A DNA stretch of 64,000 nt from an uncultured virus (IMG/VR IMGVR_UViG_3300027754_005401). Its lineage: Duplodnaviria; Heunggongvirae; Uroviricota; Caudoviricetes. The translations under genes were made by a program, and so were the position numbers. Each line of letters opens with the position of its first letter. The stretch's first letter is position 1. The stretch lies in IMG/VR virus record IMGVR_UViG_3300027754_005401. One strand, written 5' to 3'. Shown here one piece after another: positions 38,056 to 49,147 of the stretch. The notes beneath the pieces are model-generated. The model searched no databases. It was not told the origin of the DNA and worked only from the letters and a program-made list of their open reading frames with translations.

Positions 38056-40296
38056 TTAATAAATTCCCATAAACCATTGCTTTAATATTGGTCTTTGATA
38101 TAATTTACTAAAAGTAAGTTCTAAATTATTGAATTTAACCATACTGTTTTGACTGTAATCATAACTTAAGTACGCAAAATGATCATAATTTGATGTTCCT
38201 ATTAGTGAATTTGATTCTTTATCAAAGCCAGAAGTTGTTTTATCTTGTAAGCTTCTAAAGCTTAAGCTGCTGTTATTACCAGCAACATACCATGTGTTTG
38301 AACTATCTTCGTAAATTGAAATATTACTTGAATTATTAAAAAAGAATAATCCATTACTCATTGTCAAAAATTGACCTTCTTTATAATTAGAATTTGGTAA
38401 ATCTTGTAATTTTTTAATTGCTATAAAAGGATTACTTGTGCTTCCTATTGTACAATATAAGCTAGAAATTAATATTTCGGTTCCAATTAAAGTATTTCTT
38501 AAAAAATACCCAGTTTCATTTTTCCAAGTCGATCTATACAAAGAAAAATTACCTGTTATTGTTTTACCACTTTGATTATAAACAGATTCATTTTGTTTCA
38601 AGTCAATAGCGTTTGCTTGAAATGCATGATCGTTAAAGTCATTAATAGAAACGGTTTTTGAAGCTAAGTTATAAGTTTGTAATTTAGTTTTTGTTGGTGA
38701 AATATAAGCACCATAACCAGAGCTTGTCATACCAAGCATAAAATACGCATTAGATTGTGTGTTTAGAAACAACCAATTATAAGGTCTTTGAAAAGAATTT
38801 TCTGTTTTGTATGTTTTTTCAAATCCATTAAATGTTTTTACATATACTTGCTCGGTGTTTGGTTGATTTTCTTTACTTCTACCAGATGCCCAGAATAAAA
38901 ATGAATCACCTCCATCGCCACTTGTTGATAAGCCAGAAGAACAAAATCCTATATTTCTTTTAAATTCATATTTTTGCACTTCAGAGTTTGGTTCATTTTC
39001 TAAAAAATCGTCATTTGTATTTAATTTTAAAGAATTAGATTGTGGGGCTTTATAGGTTTCAGATATTAAACCAAATTCAGCAGCTTGAACTTCATCTGTA
39101 CCAGCTATTATATTGTTTAATTTTTCTTTATATAGCCAATGCCATAAATTAACATTTTCTACAATGTCTATAACATTTTTTTTATTAGTTATTCTGAAAG
39201 ATCCTGATTCTGTATCGCATCTAATAATAGCATTGTATACACCACCAGTCTCAAAAAGAGCATTAGTAGATTTTGAATTTGCATGAGATATGTCATCTGA
39301 TAATTCCCAAGCATATAAAACTACAGGATCTATTGGTTTTCCTTGACTGTTTACTTCTTCTCCTGAAAAAGTCTTACCAGTTTCTTGATTTATACCATTT
39401 GGAATTTTTAAATACAAAACACTATTTGCAGAAGCTCTTATTTTTGAATTTAAGTCACCAGAAGTAATTTGATTTCCTTTTGGATCAAAAGAAATAACTG
39501 CTTCATCTGGTGCTGGATATCTTGAATTAATTAAATTTTTAAAAGTTAATTCATCTTCACCAAATTTATTAATTATTTTAAAGGTAACAGTATAATTACC
39601 AGGTGTTTCATAAGTTTTTTCAATAGTTTGATTAGTGTTAGTAGTTTCTTTTGAATTATTTAAATATTCAAATGTTCTTATATCTCCATCTCCAAAATTC
39701 CAAATTGTTTTAATATTATTATTTGCATTATCTGTTGCTAATCTAAAACTTAAATCAGTAAAGGTTATTTTTAGAGGTATGATTCCTTCTCTTATGTCTG
39801 CTTGGAACCATGCTTTTGGTTTTAAGGCAATTCTCCTCAAATAATTAATTCTTGCTTCTACTGAACCAGTTTTTGGAATATTTACTCTATCATTTCTTAC
39901 ACCAGTAAATTTTTCAATTTCAATTAATGCATCTTTAATATTATTATGATGTTCTGCAACTACATTCAAAGTAATGTTTGTTACTTTTCCTAGTTTTTTT
40001 ACATCTGGGAAACCATCTAATAATTCAATATCTAAAAATGTTTGTGTTGCATTATCTTTTAAGCCATAATAGAAACTTATTCCTCTTTCATCTAAATCAG
40101 AACATTGGTCAGTCAATGTAATTATTCCACTTGCTGGGAAAAAAGACATTTCATCTGTAGTGGCGTTTGCATAAATGATTTTATCTTTTGGATTATAATC
40201 TTTTAGCAAAGGAATTCTTAATGAATCTTTAACAGAAAATAAATTTGTATCAGTATCTAAAATGTTTGGATATGTAATTTTTATTTGGTTTAGCAT
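38056..40296 (-). CDS. PKD-domain putative virion protein (AEHHN family)
   Basis: VVAEHHNNIKDALIEIEKFTG; PKD motif WNFGDG...YETPGNYTVTF. Confidence 0.7.
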   Translation of the reverse strand: MLNQIKITYPNILDTDTNLFSVKDSLRIPLLKDYNPKDKIIYANATTDEMSFFPASGIITLTDQCSDLDERGISFYYGLKDNATQTFLDIELLDGFPDVKKLGKVTNITLNVVAEHHNNIKDALIEIEKFTGVRNDRVNIPKTGSVEARINYLRRIALKPKAWFQADIREGIIPLKITFTDLSFRLATDNANNNIKTIWNFGDGDIRTFEYLNNSKETTNTNQTIEKTYETPGNYTVTFKIINKFGEDELTFKNLINSRYPAPDEAVISFDPKGNQITSGDLNSKIRASANSVLYLKIPNGINQETGKTFSGEEVNSQGKPIDPVVLYAWELSDDISHANSKSTNALFETGGVYNAIIRCDTESGSFRITNKKNVIDIVENVNLWHWLYKEKLNNIIAGTDEVQAAEFGLISETYKAPQSNSLKLNTNDDFLENEPNSEVQKYEFKRNIGFCSSGLSTSGDGGDSFLFWASGRSKENQPNTEQVYVKTFNGFEKTYKTENSFQRPYNWLFLNTQSNAYFMLGMTSSGYGAYISPTKTKLQTYNLASKTVSINDFNDHAFQANAIDLKQNESVYNQSGKTITGNFSLYRSTWKNETGYFLRNTLIGTEILISSLYCTIGSTSNPFIAIKKLQDLPNSNYKEGQFLTMSNGLFFFNNSSNISIYEDSSNTWYVAGNNSSLSFRSLQDKTTSGFDKESNSLIGTSNYDHFAYLSYDYSQNSMVKFNNLELTFSKLYQRPILKQWFMGIY

Positions 40297-40303
40297 ATTT
40301 GTT

Positions 40304-41329
40304 TTATCCTACTACTAATATATCTTGTAAAAATACTTTTTTAACATTTTGTGTTTCAAATGTGTCAATAATAAATGGTTTATATTCACCTGGCTCATCA
40401 TAAATATGTTTTACCGTATGTATATTTGGATCACTTATAATTTTATCTTTGCCGTCACCAAAAACAAAAAATCTATTAAGTATATTGCCGTCAGTCTGAT
40501 CTACAAAATTATATTCAGTTGGATTTAAATTATTTTTCATTGCTGTTTTTTTAGATATTCCGCCAAACCTTGGCAAAATATAAAACAAAGGAATTCCATT
40601 TTCATTATTTGAATTAATATAATTAGATTTTGTTACTATTCCTTGACCGCCTAATTCATTAATAACATTTAATTGAATAGTAAAAATTCCTTCACGAATG
40701 TAAGTGTGTTCTGGAGATTCTTCTATAGAAGTAGTATTATCTCCAAAATCCCAAAAATACTTACTATTATTTCCTATTGTAAAGTTCTTAAATTTAACTG
40801 TAAAAGGTGGTTTCCCAATTACTGGAAATCCTCTAAAGATAGGTTTTGGACTTAAAATATCATTTTCTAATGTCTTCAATATTCCATTCAAAGAATTTTC
40901 TAAAGGAAAGTCTTTTTCTCCAAGTTTATTTTCAATTTTTAAAACAGCATCTTTAACAGCATTATGATGTTCTGCAAAAACACCAGATGTTACAGTTGTT
41001 CCTTTTGGCCATACTGTAGCTCTTGTATTTTGAAATCCTCTGATAACATTGAGGATTGTATTTCCTTCTTTTTTAAAGTAATATATTAATTCACTAATGC
41101 CATCTTTACTTGAAAGATTTCCTACTTTTAAAATTCCTTGAATTGGAAAGTTAGTAGCATCTTCTAAGTTAATTATTTTTGTATTAAGACTTATCCCAAT
41201 TAGTAGTTTAGTCTCAGATAAATTCCTTGCCTCGTATAAGGTAGTAGAAGAATCTATAATTGTTGGAAAACCTGATAGATTCCCAGTTAAATAGTTTTCA
41301 TCGTAAGAAGATGCTTTTTGAAAATACAT
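40304..41329 (-). CDS. PKD-domain putative virion protein (AEHHN family, two PKD domains)
   Basis: VFAEHHNAVKDAVLKIENKLG; WDFGDN...PEHTYIREGIFTI and FGDG...HIYDEPGEY. Confidence 0.75.
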   Translation of the reverse strand: MYFQKASSYDENYLTGNLSGFPTIIDSSTTLYEARNLSETKLLIGISLNTKIINLEDATNFPIQGILKVGNLSSKDGISELIYYFKKEGNTILNVIRGFQNTRATVWPKGTTVTSGVFAEHHNAVKDAVLKIENKLGEKDFPLENSLNGILKTLENDILSPKPIFRGFPVIGKPPFTVKFKNFTIGNNSKYFWDFGDNTTSIEESPEHTYIREGIFTIQLNVINELGGQGIVTKSNYINSNNENGIPLFYILPRFGGISKKTAMKNNLNPTEYNFVDQTDGNILNRFFVFGDGKDKIISDPNIHTVKHIYDEPGEYKPFIIDTFETQNVKKVFLQDILVVG

Positions 41330-41354
41330 AATGTTCCTGTTTAAATATTTATGA

Positions 41355-42011
41355 TTATTGCATTAATTTATTTACTTCTTTGTTTTGGTTATTAGAAATA
41401 TTATTTTGAATTTCATCTAATGCACTTGTAAGTTGTTTTTTTACAATAGAAATATCTGGTAATGCTAAAATTGTTTTACATAACTCTAAATCTGTAGGAA
41501 TGTTAAGTAAAAATCTTAAATTCAAGTCATTCCCTAGCTTAGCTGACCAATATTGATTTTGAGATTCAACATCATCAAAAGATTTAAGTTTTTCTACCTT
41601 TTCAATTTCCATAAATGTTTTAACGAAAAAATCTAATTCTTCATTTACACTTTTTAATTTATCGTTGATTTTTTTAAAAACAAAATCTTTTCTATCATAA
41701 TTTCTTATCATTTTCTTTAATTTTATTTCTAATATCTTTCTTTTGTATGTACATGATTCTTTTTCAATTAAGGTTTTATATCTATCTATTTTTAAAGATA
41801 ATATTTCATAATTCTCTTCAGAAATTAAAATTTCTTCTTTGTAAGAATCTACTGTTTCTATTCTTGCGTTAATTTCTCTTGTGCATTGCCATAGCTTAGA
41901 TTGTAAAGTAGGTTCTTTTCCTACTATGAAGTGATTTAATTGAAAAAATGAATGTCTTTCTTTTAAATCTGAATTATTAATAATTTCTTTTGCTTTTTCA
42001 ATTAGTTCCAT
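41355..42011 (-). CDS. Coiled-coil hypothetical protein
   Basis: Start revised to MELIEK (RBS aagga); RHSFFQL..FIVG.EPT...LWQC.RE and QYW motifs. Confidence 0.6.
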   Translation of the reverse strand: MELIEKAKEIINNSDLKERHSFFQLNHFIVGKEPTLQSKLWQCTREINARIETVDSYKEEILISEENYEILSLKIDRYKTLIEKESCTYKRKILEIKLKKMIRNYDRKDFVFKKINDKLKSVNEELDFFVKTFMEIEKVEKLKSFDDVESQNQYWSAKLGNDLNLRFLLNIPTDLELCKTILALPDISIVKKQLTSALDEIQNNISNNQNKEVNKLMQ

Positions 42012-42019
42012 GTTTTCCT

Positions 42020-42544
42020 TTAAATTTTTATGCCTACAACAGCTTTTAATTTGCATCCTTCAATTGATGCATTATATCCCCATGATAATTTAATAATATC
42101 TAAATGGTTATCTTTTCCAAAACCACCTACTTTATTATAAGTGTTTTTATTTATTAATAAACCATTTAAAGGATTTTTTACAAATTCATAAATTCTATTT
42201 TTAACTGGGAAGATTATATCTTTTTCATTTAGAACAAAAATAGATAACTTTTTAATAAGATGCTTTGTTAAATATGTACCTGCTTGAACTAAAAAACACC
42301 ATTCTGTTTTACAGTTTCTTAAAGCAATATCATAATTTTCTAAAATTTGAAAACTATCAGAATGATAAATATCATATTCCTGACCTTTGTTGTAATAATC
42401 AAATTTTAAATCATTAGTTATTAATATTTTTTTATAATTTGTATAAAAATCATAATAATGCCTTAGTGTTTCATTTATTTTATTTGTATCTCTATCAATT
42501 GCTACAATTGCCATAGAAACATTAAGCTCTTTTGGCTCATACAT
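42020..42544 (-). CDS. Glycosyltransferase family 2-like protein (short, degenerate)
   Basis: ALRNCKTEWCFLV..G and LLINKNTYNKVGGF resemble GT-A motifs; no clear DxD. Confidence 0.5.
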   Translation of the reverse strand: MYEPKELNVSMAIVAIDRDTNKINETLRHYYDFYTNYKKILITNDLKFDYYNKGQEYDIYHSDSFQILENYDIALRNCKTEWCFLVQAGTYLTKHLIKKLSIFVLNEKDIIFPVKNRIYEFVKNPLNGLLINKNTYNKVGGFGKDNHLDIIKLSWGYNASIEGCKLKAVVGIKI

Positions 42545-42565
42545 AATAAAACCCTTTTAAATAAA

Positions 42566-43363
42566 CTATTCTGCCAAGGAAACATCAAAATCTATTTTAA
42601 TTATGTCATATTGTGAAATAGAATTCAATAATTGAAATGAAATTAAATCATCATTTAATGAAAATTTATTTTTATGCCATTTACTATTTGTATTTGGATT
42701 AGCTGGAGGAACAAAAACTTCGAAATCTGAAAATATCTGAACGCCATTTATGAAAACTCTTAAAGTATTATTCATTATCTGCTTAGATAAACTCGTAGTG
42801 TAGTTTTTATAATCAGATCCTAAAAAAGATGGTTTAGGAGTTACACCATAATAATGAATATGGGCACTTTCTAAAGGATAATTTAAATCGGCAGTAAGAT
42901 TATTAGGAGCATCAAATCTCCATTTTAACGATGAAGAATTTTTTAATTCTAATATTCCTGTTTGAAAGAAAATACCACTGCTAATACTTGGAATATTAAT
43001 ATTCAAAGATAAATAATTTGCACCTTCTTGAATTTGAGCTAATTTATTTCTCTCGTCAAGCTTCATTCTTATGTAGCTTATTTCATTATAAATTCCATCT
43101 TCGTGATAACCAATATTATGTAAAGAAATATCAACCGCAGTTGGCTTTAAATCTCCATTACTAGTTAAAGATTGATTTAATCTAGCAGCTAAGTCTATTC
43201 TTGAACCAATTGAATTTTCTAAAACACCAGTGTTGAAATCAACTGCATCATTTAAAACTTCTTGTCTTTTAATTAATGCTGCAATAGGTAAATTATCATA
43301 AATATAATGATAAGGCTGTAAAGCTTCATAAGATGGAACTGTGATATTATTAATATTTGGCAT
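42566..43363 (-). CDS. Putative tail or baseplate-associated structural protein
   Basis: Within the baseplate operon; DNLPI..L..R N-terminal motif and LRVFINGV C-terminal domain. Confidence 0.55.
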   Translation of the reverse strand: MPNINNITVPSYEALQPYHYIYDNLPIAALIKRQEVLNDAVDFNTGVLENSIGSRIDLAARLNQSLTSNGDLKPTAVDISLHNIGYHEDGIYNEISYIRMKLDERNKLAQIQEGANYLSLNINIPSISSGIFFQTGILELKNSSSLKWRFDAPNNLTADLNYPLESAHIHYYGVTPKPSFLGSDYKNYTTSLSKQIMNNTLRVFINGVQIFSDFEVFVPPANPNTNSKWHKNKFSLNDDLISFQLLNSISQYDIIKIDFDVSLAE

Positions 43364-43393
43364 ATTTTTATATATATTTTAAAATTTATTTTA

Positions 43394-43897
43394 TCAAATA
43401 AAATTAAGATTCCAATTCCAAGTAATCTGCATTTGATCCGTTTTGTTAATAGCACCAAAGGTTAACATACTGTACAAATCTCCTGTTCCCATAACTAATG
43501 CCATTTCGTTAATTGCATAACCATTAGCATCGTTATAAGTTAAAACAGAAGTGAAAATACCCTGAGTTTGATTAGTTGGATTAACTTGAGAAATAACAGG
43601 CTTAGTAGACCTTGTTATTCCATAAAGACCGTTTCTGTTAGAGTCTACATAAAGCGGAACTCCACCTGATTCTCCACCATCGCCAAAAATCATTGATTTA
43701 ATATAATATTCAAAACTAGAAGCTATTTCACCTGCTTCGTTAGTGCATCCTTGTAAATTTCTAGTAAGCGATCTTACAAGGGCTTCTCTACCAGTCTTTA
43801 AAACTGTATTTTTAAAGTGACTTTTAATAGTTGAACCGTTTTTAAATTCTATAATCATGTCTACATCGCCAGTTGTTTCAACTCTAGAATTATACAT
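43394..43897 (-). CDS. Baseplate or tail-fibre attachment protein
   Basis: KNTVLKTGR..L, FGDGG, ANG..INEMAL...F..INKT...I.W pattern of tail-collar proteins; start revised to MYNSR. Confidence 0.6.
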   Translation of the reverse strand: MYNSRVETTGDVDMIIEFKNGSTIKSHFKNTVLKTGREALVRSLTRNLQGCTNEAGEIASSFEYYIKSMIFGDGGESGGVPLYVDSNRNGLYGITRSTKPVISQVNPTNQTQGIFTSVLTYNDANGYAINEMALVMGTGDLYSMLTFGAINKTDQMQITWNWNLNFI

Positions 43898-43898
43898 T

Positions 43899-46800
43899 TT
43901 AAACCTGACCTTTCGTATTGTTGCCATCTTTTGTTTCAATTGTAAAAGAAACATTTTCTTCTTGATTAATTATATCTGTTGGCCCATCTTTCTTTTGGCC
44001 GTTATTTAATGCAATAACAGAATTATTTAAATTATCTAAATTTAAAGGAGAACTATCACATAGATAAATTTCATTATTTTGTTGATCTTTTCCAGACACC
44101 TGATTAGCTCCTCCTCTATTTAAATCATGAATTATTACATAATCACCAGTTGGCTTTAAGTAAATTTGTGGTATTCCATTTTCTCTAATGAATTCATCAT
44201 AATTTAAAGTAATAGTATAAATAATATTTTCTTTTTTCTTAAATTGCTTACAATTTACAGAAATAGAAGTACCGCCACTAAGATATGTGCCTAAATCTAA
44301 TGGAAGTCCTTCAATCTCTAAATAATTGACTGATAATTCATTAAAGTAACTTACAATTTTATAAAAAACATCATTTATAACTAAAATAAAATTTTCTTTA
44401 AAACTGTCATTATCTAATGAACCAGATATGGTTGAATCTTCAAAAACAGGAAGTAATGATGGTTTTTCAATTATTATTTTATTGTAAGCTAAGTTACCAG
44501 TGTGCTCTTTAACAACCCTATCTAATATCTTACCACTTGTTCCTATTACATCACCGTTTTCCCAATTGCTAATATAAAATTCATTTTCGTTATATCCATA
44601 ACCTAAAACAACATATTGGGTGTCATCGTTTAAATAATAAAAATAATTTCCTATTTTTATTCTTTCAACTGCTTTGCCAAAATTGCCATCATTTCCTATT
44701 ACTAATCCTTTATTTTCAGAAGTTAAACTTCCATTAGATGAAAAATATATTTTTTCATTGTTTTCATTTAATAAGTCATAGTTAATATCATCTATGGTTA
44801 AACCTTCTGATAATGAAGGTAAGGTAAAATCATTCTCTAGTACAATTGAACCATCAGGATTAACATCATAAATATTATAAATATTAAATGTGTTTGGATA
44901 TACAATATAATATTTTATTTTCCAACAATCATTTGATCTTTGGTTTTCTACATCTACAACAGTTGTAATATTGTTTTGTTTTTTTTCATTTATTATTAGT
45001 TCATCTTTAAATGTATAAATGCTTTCTTGCTTAATTGTAAAGTTTGTACCAGTGTAATTTATGTTGCTTAATCTATAAGCAAATTCAGATTGGTTTATAG
45101 GTTGAGAAATTAATGCTTCTTCATATATTCTAATTAGATTTTTTTTAGGCTCAAAAACAGTATATTTACCAGTGTTTGAACTTGGATTTAATATTTCAAG
45201 CAAAGTATTTACTCTTGAATTAATACCAAGTTCTGAAAAATCTACTAAAGGAGAAAATAGGTTTATTTCTTTGTTGTATCCTTTAACTGTTTCATTGCCA
45301 AGATTGTCCATTATTGCTAATGCATTACGATGAACAACTCTTTGTAATAATCCCAAAAACATATTTCTATTAAAAGCCATTTGAGCATTACCAGAAATAA
45401 TAGTTTCTGTTAGCTTGTAAGTAATCAAAGCCTCTATTTTTTCTTCTGGCGGAAGAATCATAGTTTCAAAGAAACCAGAATAATTTAAACTATGTAAAAT
45501 ACTGTGAAATGGCGTAAACTCTTTAAGTACATTGAAAACTTCTTGAATTCTTTCACTGTTTAAATTTTCAATTTCAACATCTAAATTGTAAAGCGTTGAT
45601 AAATAACCATTGCATGTATCTAAGAAATTCTTGTCAATATCACAAGGGTTTTCACTCTCTCTTAAAGAACCATTGTATTCATCCATGTTGTAAATGTTTT
45701 CAGAATATGGAAATTCTGTTCTAATATCTCCGAAAACAATTGGATCATGAAATGCGTTTTTAAATGGTATAATTTCATTGATTAATACATCATCTTCTTC
45801 TATTACTTTGGCATTCCAATTTTTCAACGGATGAATTATATTTAAATCGTTTCTAAGGTCTGCAACAGGTAAACTCCTGATGTAATTTTCTATTATTTGC
45901 TCTGAATCATATTCTACTTTTCTTATTTGATAAATTATTTTTATTGCTTCACCGTCTTTTAATGAAATTCCAATTAATATTAATGTGCTTTTATTATTAC
46001 TTGTTTCTATTTCAATGTTAGAAATAGGAATCTCTATAAAACTATTATTCTTAGCACGATAATACAAAACAAAATTTTCATCGTTAATTGGTAAGCTTAT
46101 TTTAGAAAGATCAAATCTTATTTTATTACTATCTCCATAAAAAACATCAACCCAAGTGTATTTTGAGTAAATCTGATAAAGTTGAGTGTATTTTTTAAGT
46201 ATTATACCAGCATCACCCAAAGCAGAATTTAATCCATTTAGCGTTCCTTTCATTTTGAAATTAGGAATAGCTTTTGCAATCTGTCTTCTCCATCTTATTG
46301 GATCATTTGATTTAAATTCTAAACGATATAAATTTCCCAGATAAGATAATAAATGCTCTGGTATTAAATTTGAATCAATTAAAGTAGCAATATTATTTGC
46401 TAAGTTCTCAGTATAAGAAAATGCATCTCCTACAGCATTATTAAACTTTTCTAATATTTCTGGACTTACATCCGTTGTACTTAAATAATTCTTGTAAAGA
46501 TCAGGCAAATATCTATTTAATAAATTTGTATACTTTTTTTCATTTGTTTCTAAATTCTTAGGAGAAATATAACTTGATGTATTTGACGATAAAGAAAAAT
46601 AAATACTAGAAGAAAGTAATTGAGAAGATATATTTGGTCGCCAACTATAGGAAATAAAATAATCTCCCTCTCTTAAACCACTTTGCTCAAATTTAAATTT
46701 AAAATGACCATTGACTATGTTGCTATCGTTATCGATAACTTTCTTAATTATAAATCCTTTTTTTTCTGGAGTCCAAACTGGATTTTCTGAAGATCCAAAT

Positions 46801-47141
46801 TTTGCTACAGCAATTAAATTATCAAATTCAACTTTGTTTAAAGATTTCTGAAGCAAATCCCTTTGTGCAATTTTTAATTTTTCTTTTAAATCTTGATTAT
46901 TTGGATATTCGTATGAAGCTTGTTTTAATTCTAGATACTTTACTTCTAAAGTAGGATCACTTATATTAATATTTCTGAAACTTGATTTATCATAAACAAA
47001 ATTTCTTTCAACAAAATATACAGTAATTGATGTTACTTCATAAGGATCTGATTTAAAAACACAATTAGTATTTGGAGTATATAAATCAAATACTATTGTG
47101 TCGCTTACTTTCGGATTTTTTGTGTAATATTTTTCTGCCAT
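43899..47141 (-). CDS. Baseplate wedge protein (gp7-like / P2 gpI-like core)
   Basis: LLSYLG...WRRQIAKAIPNFKMKGT..GL and EFTPFHSIL motifs; follows the gp6-like gene. Confidence 0.7.
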   Translation of the reverse strand: MAEKYYTKNPKVSDTIVFDLYTPNTNCVFKSDPYEVTSITVYFVERNFVYDKSSFRNINISDPTLEVKYLELKQASYEYPNNQDLKEKLKIAQRDLLQKSLNKVEFDNLIAVAKFGSSENPVWTPEKKGFIIKKVIDNDSNIVNGHFKFKFEQSGLREGDYFISYSWRPNISSQLLSSSIYFSLSSNTSSYISPKNLETNEKKYTNLLNRYLPDLYKNYLSTTDVSPEILEKFNNAVGDAFSYTENLANNIATLIDSNLIPEHLLSYLGNLYRLEFKSNDPIRWRRQIAKAIPNFKMKGTLNGLNSALGDAGIILKKYTQLYQIYSKYTWVDVFYGDSNKIRFDLSKISLPINDENFVLYYRAKNNSFIEIPISNIEIETSNNKSTLILIGISLKDGEAIKIIYQIRKVEYDSEQIIENYIRSLPVADLRNDLNIIHPLKNWNAKVIEEDDVLINEIIPFKNAFHDPIVFGDIRTEFPYSENIYNMDEYNGSLRESENPCDIDKNFLDTCNGYLSTLYNLDVEIENLNSERIQEVFNVLKEFTPFHSILHSLNYSGFFETMILPPEEKIEALITYKLTETIISGNAQMAFNRNMFLGLLQRVVHRNALAIMDNLGNETVKGYNKEINLFSPLVDFSELGINSRVNTLLEILNPSSNTGKYTVFEPKKNLIRIYEEALISQPINQSEFAYRLSNINYTGTNFTIKQESIYTFKDELIINEKKQNNITTVVDVENQRSNDCWKIKYYIVYPNTFNIYNIYDVNPDGSIVLENDFTLPSLSEGLTIDDINYDLLNENNEKIYFSSNGSLTSENKGLVIGNDGNFGKAVERIKIGNYFYYLNDDTQYVVLGYGYNENEFYISNWENGDVIGTSGKILDRVVKEHTGNLAYNKIIIEKPSLLPVFEDSTISGSLDNDSFKENFILVINDVFYKIVSYFNELSVNYLEIEGLPLDLGTYLSGGTSISVNCKQFKKKENIIYTITLNYDEFIRENGIPQIYLKPTGDYVIIHDLNRGGANQVSGKDQQNNEIYLCDSSPLNLDNLNNSVIALNNGQKKDGPTDIINQEENVSFTIETKDGNNTKGQV

Positions 47142-47143
47142 AA

Positions 47144-48691
47144 TTAATTATACAAGAAGTTAATTGTTACGCTTTCTGGTCGAATAATTTCATAGTACTT
47201 TATTGCAATTGTTTTAGCAAATGGAACTTCTACAGTACTGAAAACAATATCTATTGTTTTAATTTGTTTTAAATCTGACAAAGCTTGAATAATATCTGAT
47301 TCTTGTAAAGCTTGACCATAATCCCAATTTGTTAAATTAAAATAAAAATCAATTTTACTCTCCATAGATGCTCTGATGTTGTCTTCGAATTTCTTGTAGA
47401 ATTTATCTAAAGTAACATCAATTAAAACATTAACATCTACTACTTCTCCATCTCTAATACAAATATTATCAGTAAGCATTTTAATTTCATTCAAAGAATC
47501 AGTTAGTTCTTCTTTAAATTGACTGCTAGCCTTAGATAAACCACTATTGCCACTTCTAACTAATACAAATAAATCAATGATATTTGCAGCACATCCATAA
47601 TTTCTTAATGCAGCAAGTGCTTTTCCAGTTATACCATTGTAAACAGTAGCAAATTGATTTGCAAATGTTTTATAATCTTCTCCAGATACAGCACGATTTT
47701 GAGTTCTTAAATATAAAGGTATTTTACTTCTAATGTCTTCTATAGTATCACCTGAATAACCAAATTCTGCTTTTGTGTAATTAGTTAAACTAACAGTAAT
47801 TATATTAACGCTTCCTTCAATACTTACTATTGTTTGTGAATTTGCAAAATTTGTAACAATATCTCCGTTGGGACTTCCACCAGTACGATAAATTACATTA
47901 ATATTAGTGCCAGAAGATGGAACTAATCCACCTTTGCCATTTCCAAAAATAAGATTTGCACTGTAATCAGGATTGTATTCTATTAAATATTCTTTGTTTG
48001 CCGATCCAGAAGTAAAAAAATCAACCTGATCCCATTCTTGCCCATCAACAACTACTCTTATAGAATCTGAAATAATTGATATTGCATCTAATTGTAATAT
48101 TTGATTTATTTCTCCATTAGAAATAAAAGTATTTTCTCTTGTAATACCAGCTACACCAACTATATTTGAATTAATTAATTGACCTGCTCTGATAACAATT
48201 GGTTCATTAAATATAGGCCTGTTTAAAGAATCAGCAGGATAAAGCTCAAACCTACTAGGAATTTGATTTGAAACAATATCAATATTAAAAGGTGTTTCTA
48301 TTTTAACATCAAAATCTTGAACAGAATTAATTCTTGCAGAAAACAATGCTTTTGAACCAATAGGAGGCTGAGGCTTTAATCCTGCTAGTTTTGCTAATCT
48401 AAATATATTATCTAATTCTGTAACCGTATCAATAAATACTTCATTTGCAATTTGATCAATTTTAAAAGAAAGGGTATCTGCTAAAAATGCAAAATTTTCA
48501 ATTAACATTATAGCAAGACTAGATTCTACAAAATCGTTGAAATCATTACCAAACTTTTCTTTGATGAAGCTTACCAACCTAGATTTCATTGAATAAAAAT
48601 CTTGATTTGTATAATTTAAAGAAACTATATTTGTTTGTTTTGGAGTTACTCCAATATCATAAGGTGTAATAATATCACATTTTTCTTGCAT
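47144..48691 (-). CDS. gp6: Baseplate wedge subunit gp6-like (baseplate J family)
   Basis: DFYSMK..L, NDF.ESS, NEVFIDT, FGNGKGG..P, YRTGG..GD, QNRAVSGEDY. Confidence 0.88.
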   Translation of the reverse strand: MQEKCDIITPYDIGVTPKQTNIVSLNYTNQDFYSMKSRLVSFIKEKFGNDFNDFVESSLAIMLIENFAFLADTLSFKIDQIANEVFIDTVTELDNIFRLAKLAGLKPQPPIGSKALFSARINSVQDFDVKIETPFNIDIVSNQIPSRFELYPADSLNRPIFNEPIVIRAGQLINSNIVGVAGITRENTFISNGEINQILQLDAISIISDSIRVVVDGQEWDQVDFFTSGSANKEYLIEYNPDYSANLIFGNGKGGLVPSSGTNINVIYRTGGSPNGDIVTNFANSQTIVSIEGSVNIITVSLTNYTKAEFGYSGDTIEDIRSKIPLYLRTQNRAVSGEDYKTFANQFATVYNGITGKALAALRNYGCAANIIDLFVLVRSGNSGLSKASSQFKEELTDSLNEIKMLTDNICIRDGEVVDVNVLIDVTLDKFYKKFEDNIRASMESKIDFYFNLTNWDYGQALQESDIIQALSDLKQIKTIDIVFSTVEVPFAKTIAIKYYEIIRPESVTINFLYN

Positions 48692-48694
48692 TTT

Positions 48695-49120
48695 TTATAA
48701 TTCTCCCCCTGTAGGTAATTGTATCGTCAACACCTCAACATAATCAATTTTTTGTGGATCAAAAAAGCTTATACTTATGCTTAATACATGATCATTTGAA
48801 TTTAATTCATTTGCATTTTCAGAACTGCTTTCACGACCATTTGTAATATCTATTTGAGAAATAACAATTCTTGGTTCCCAAGATTCTATGGAATTTGCTA
48901 TAAGTCTTTTAGTCTCAGCTACTAACGCTGCATCATTAGGTGAAAACAATAACTTTCTTAAAGGAGTTCCATAACTTGGCAGCATTACTCTTTCTTTTGG
49001 ATTAGTGAGTAATAATTGGATTAAATCAGATTTTAAAGTGGCTATTCCTTCTTGTGAAAATAAATATCCTAACGGACTTTTACTTATTGGATAAGGAATA
49101 CCTTTTAATACGAAACTCAT
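48695..49120 (-). CDS. gp25: Baseplate protein gp25-like
   Basis: LLLTNPKERVMLPSYGT.L..LLF...I..WEPRI. Confidence 0.92.
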   Translation of the reverse strand: MSFVLKGIPYPISKSPLGYLFSQEGIATLKSDLIQLLLTNPKERVMLPSYGTPLRKLLFSPNDAALVAETKRLIANSIESWEPRIVISQIDITNGRESSSENANELNSNDHVLSISISFFDPQKIDYVEVLTIQLPTGGEL

Positions 49121-49147
49121 ACTATTATGTAGTAATTAAATATATTT

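Noticed and set aside
33761..41329. Diversity-generating retroelement targeting the fibre genes
   Set aside because: No reverse transcriptase and no template/variable repeat pair with adenine-specific mismatches was seen.
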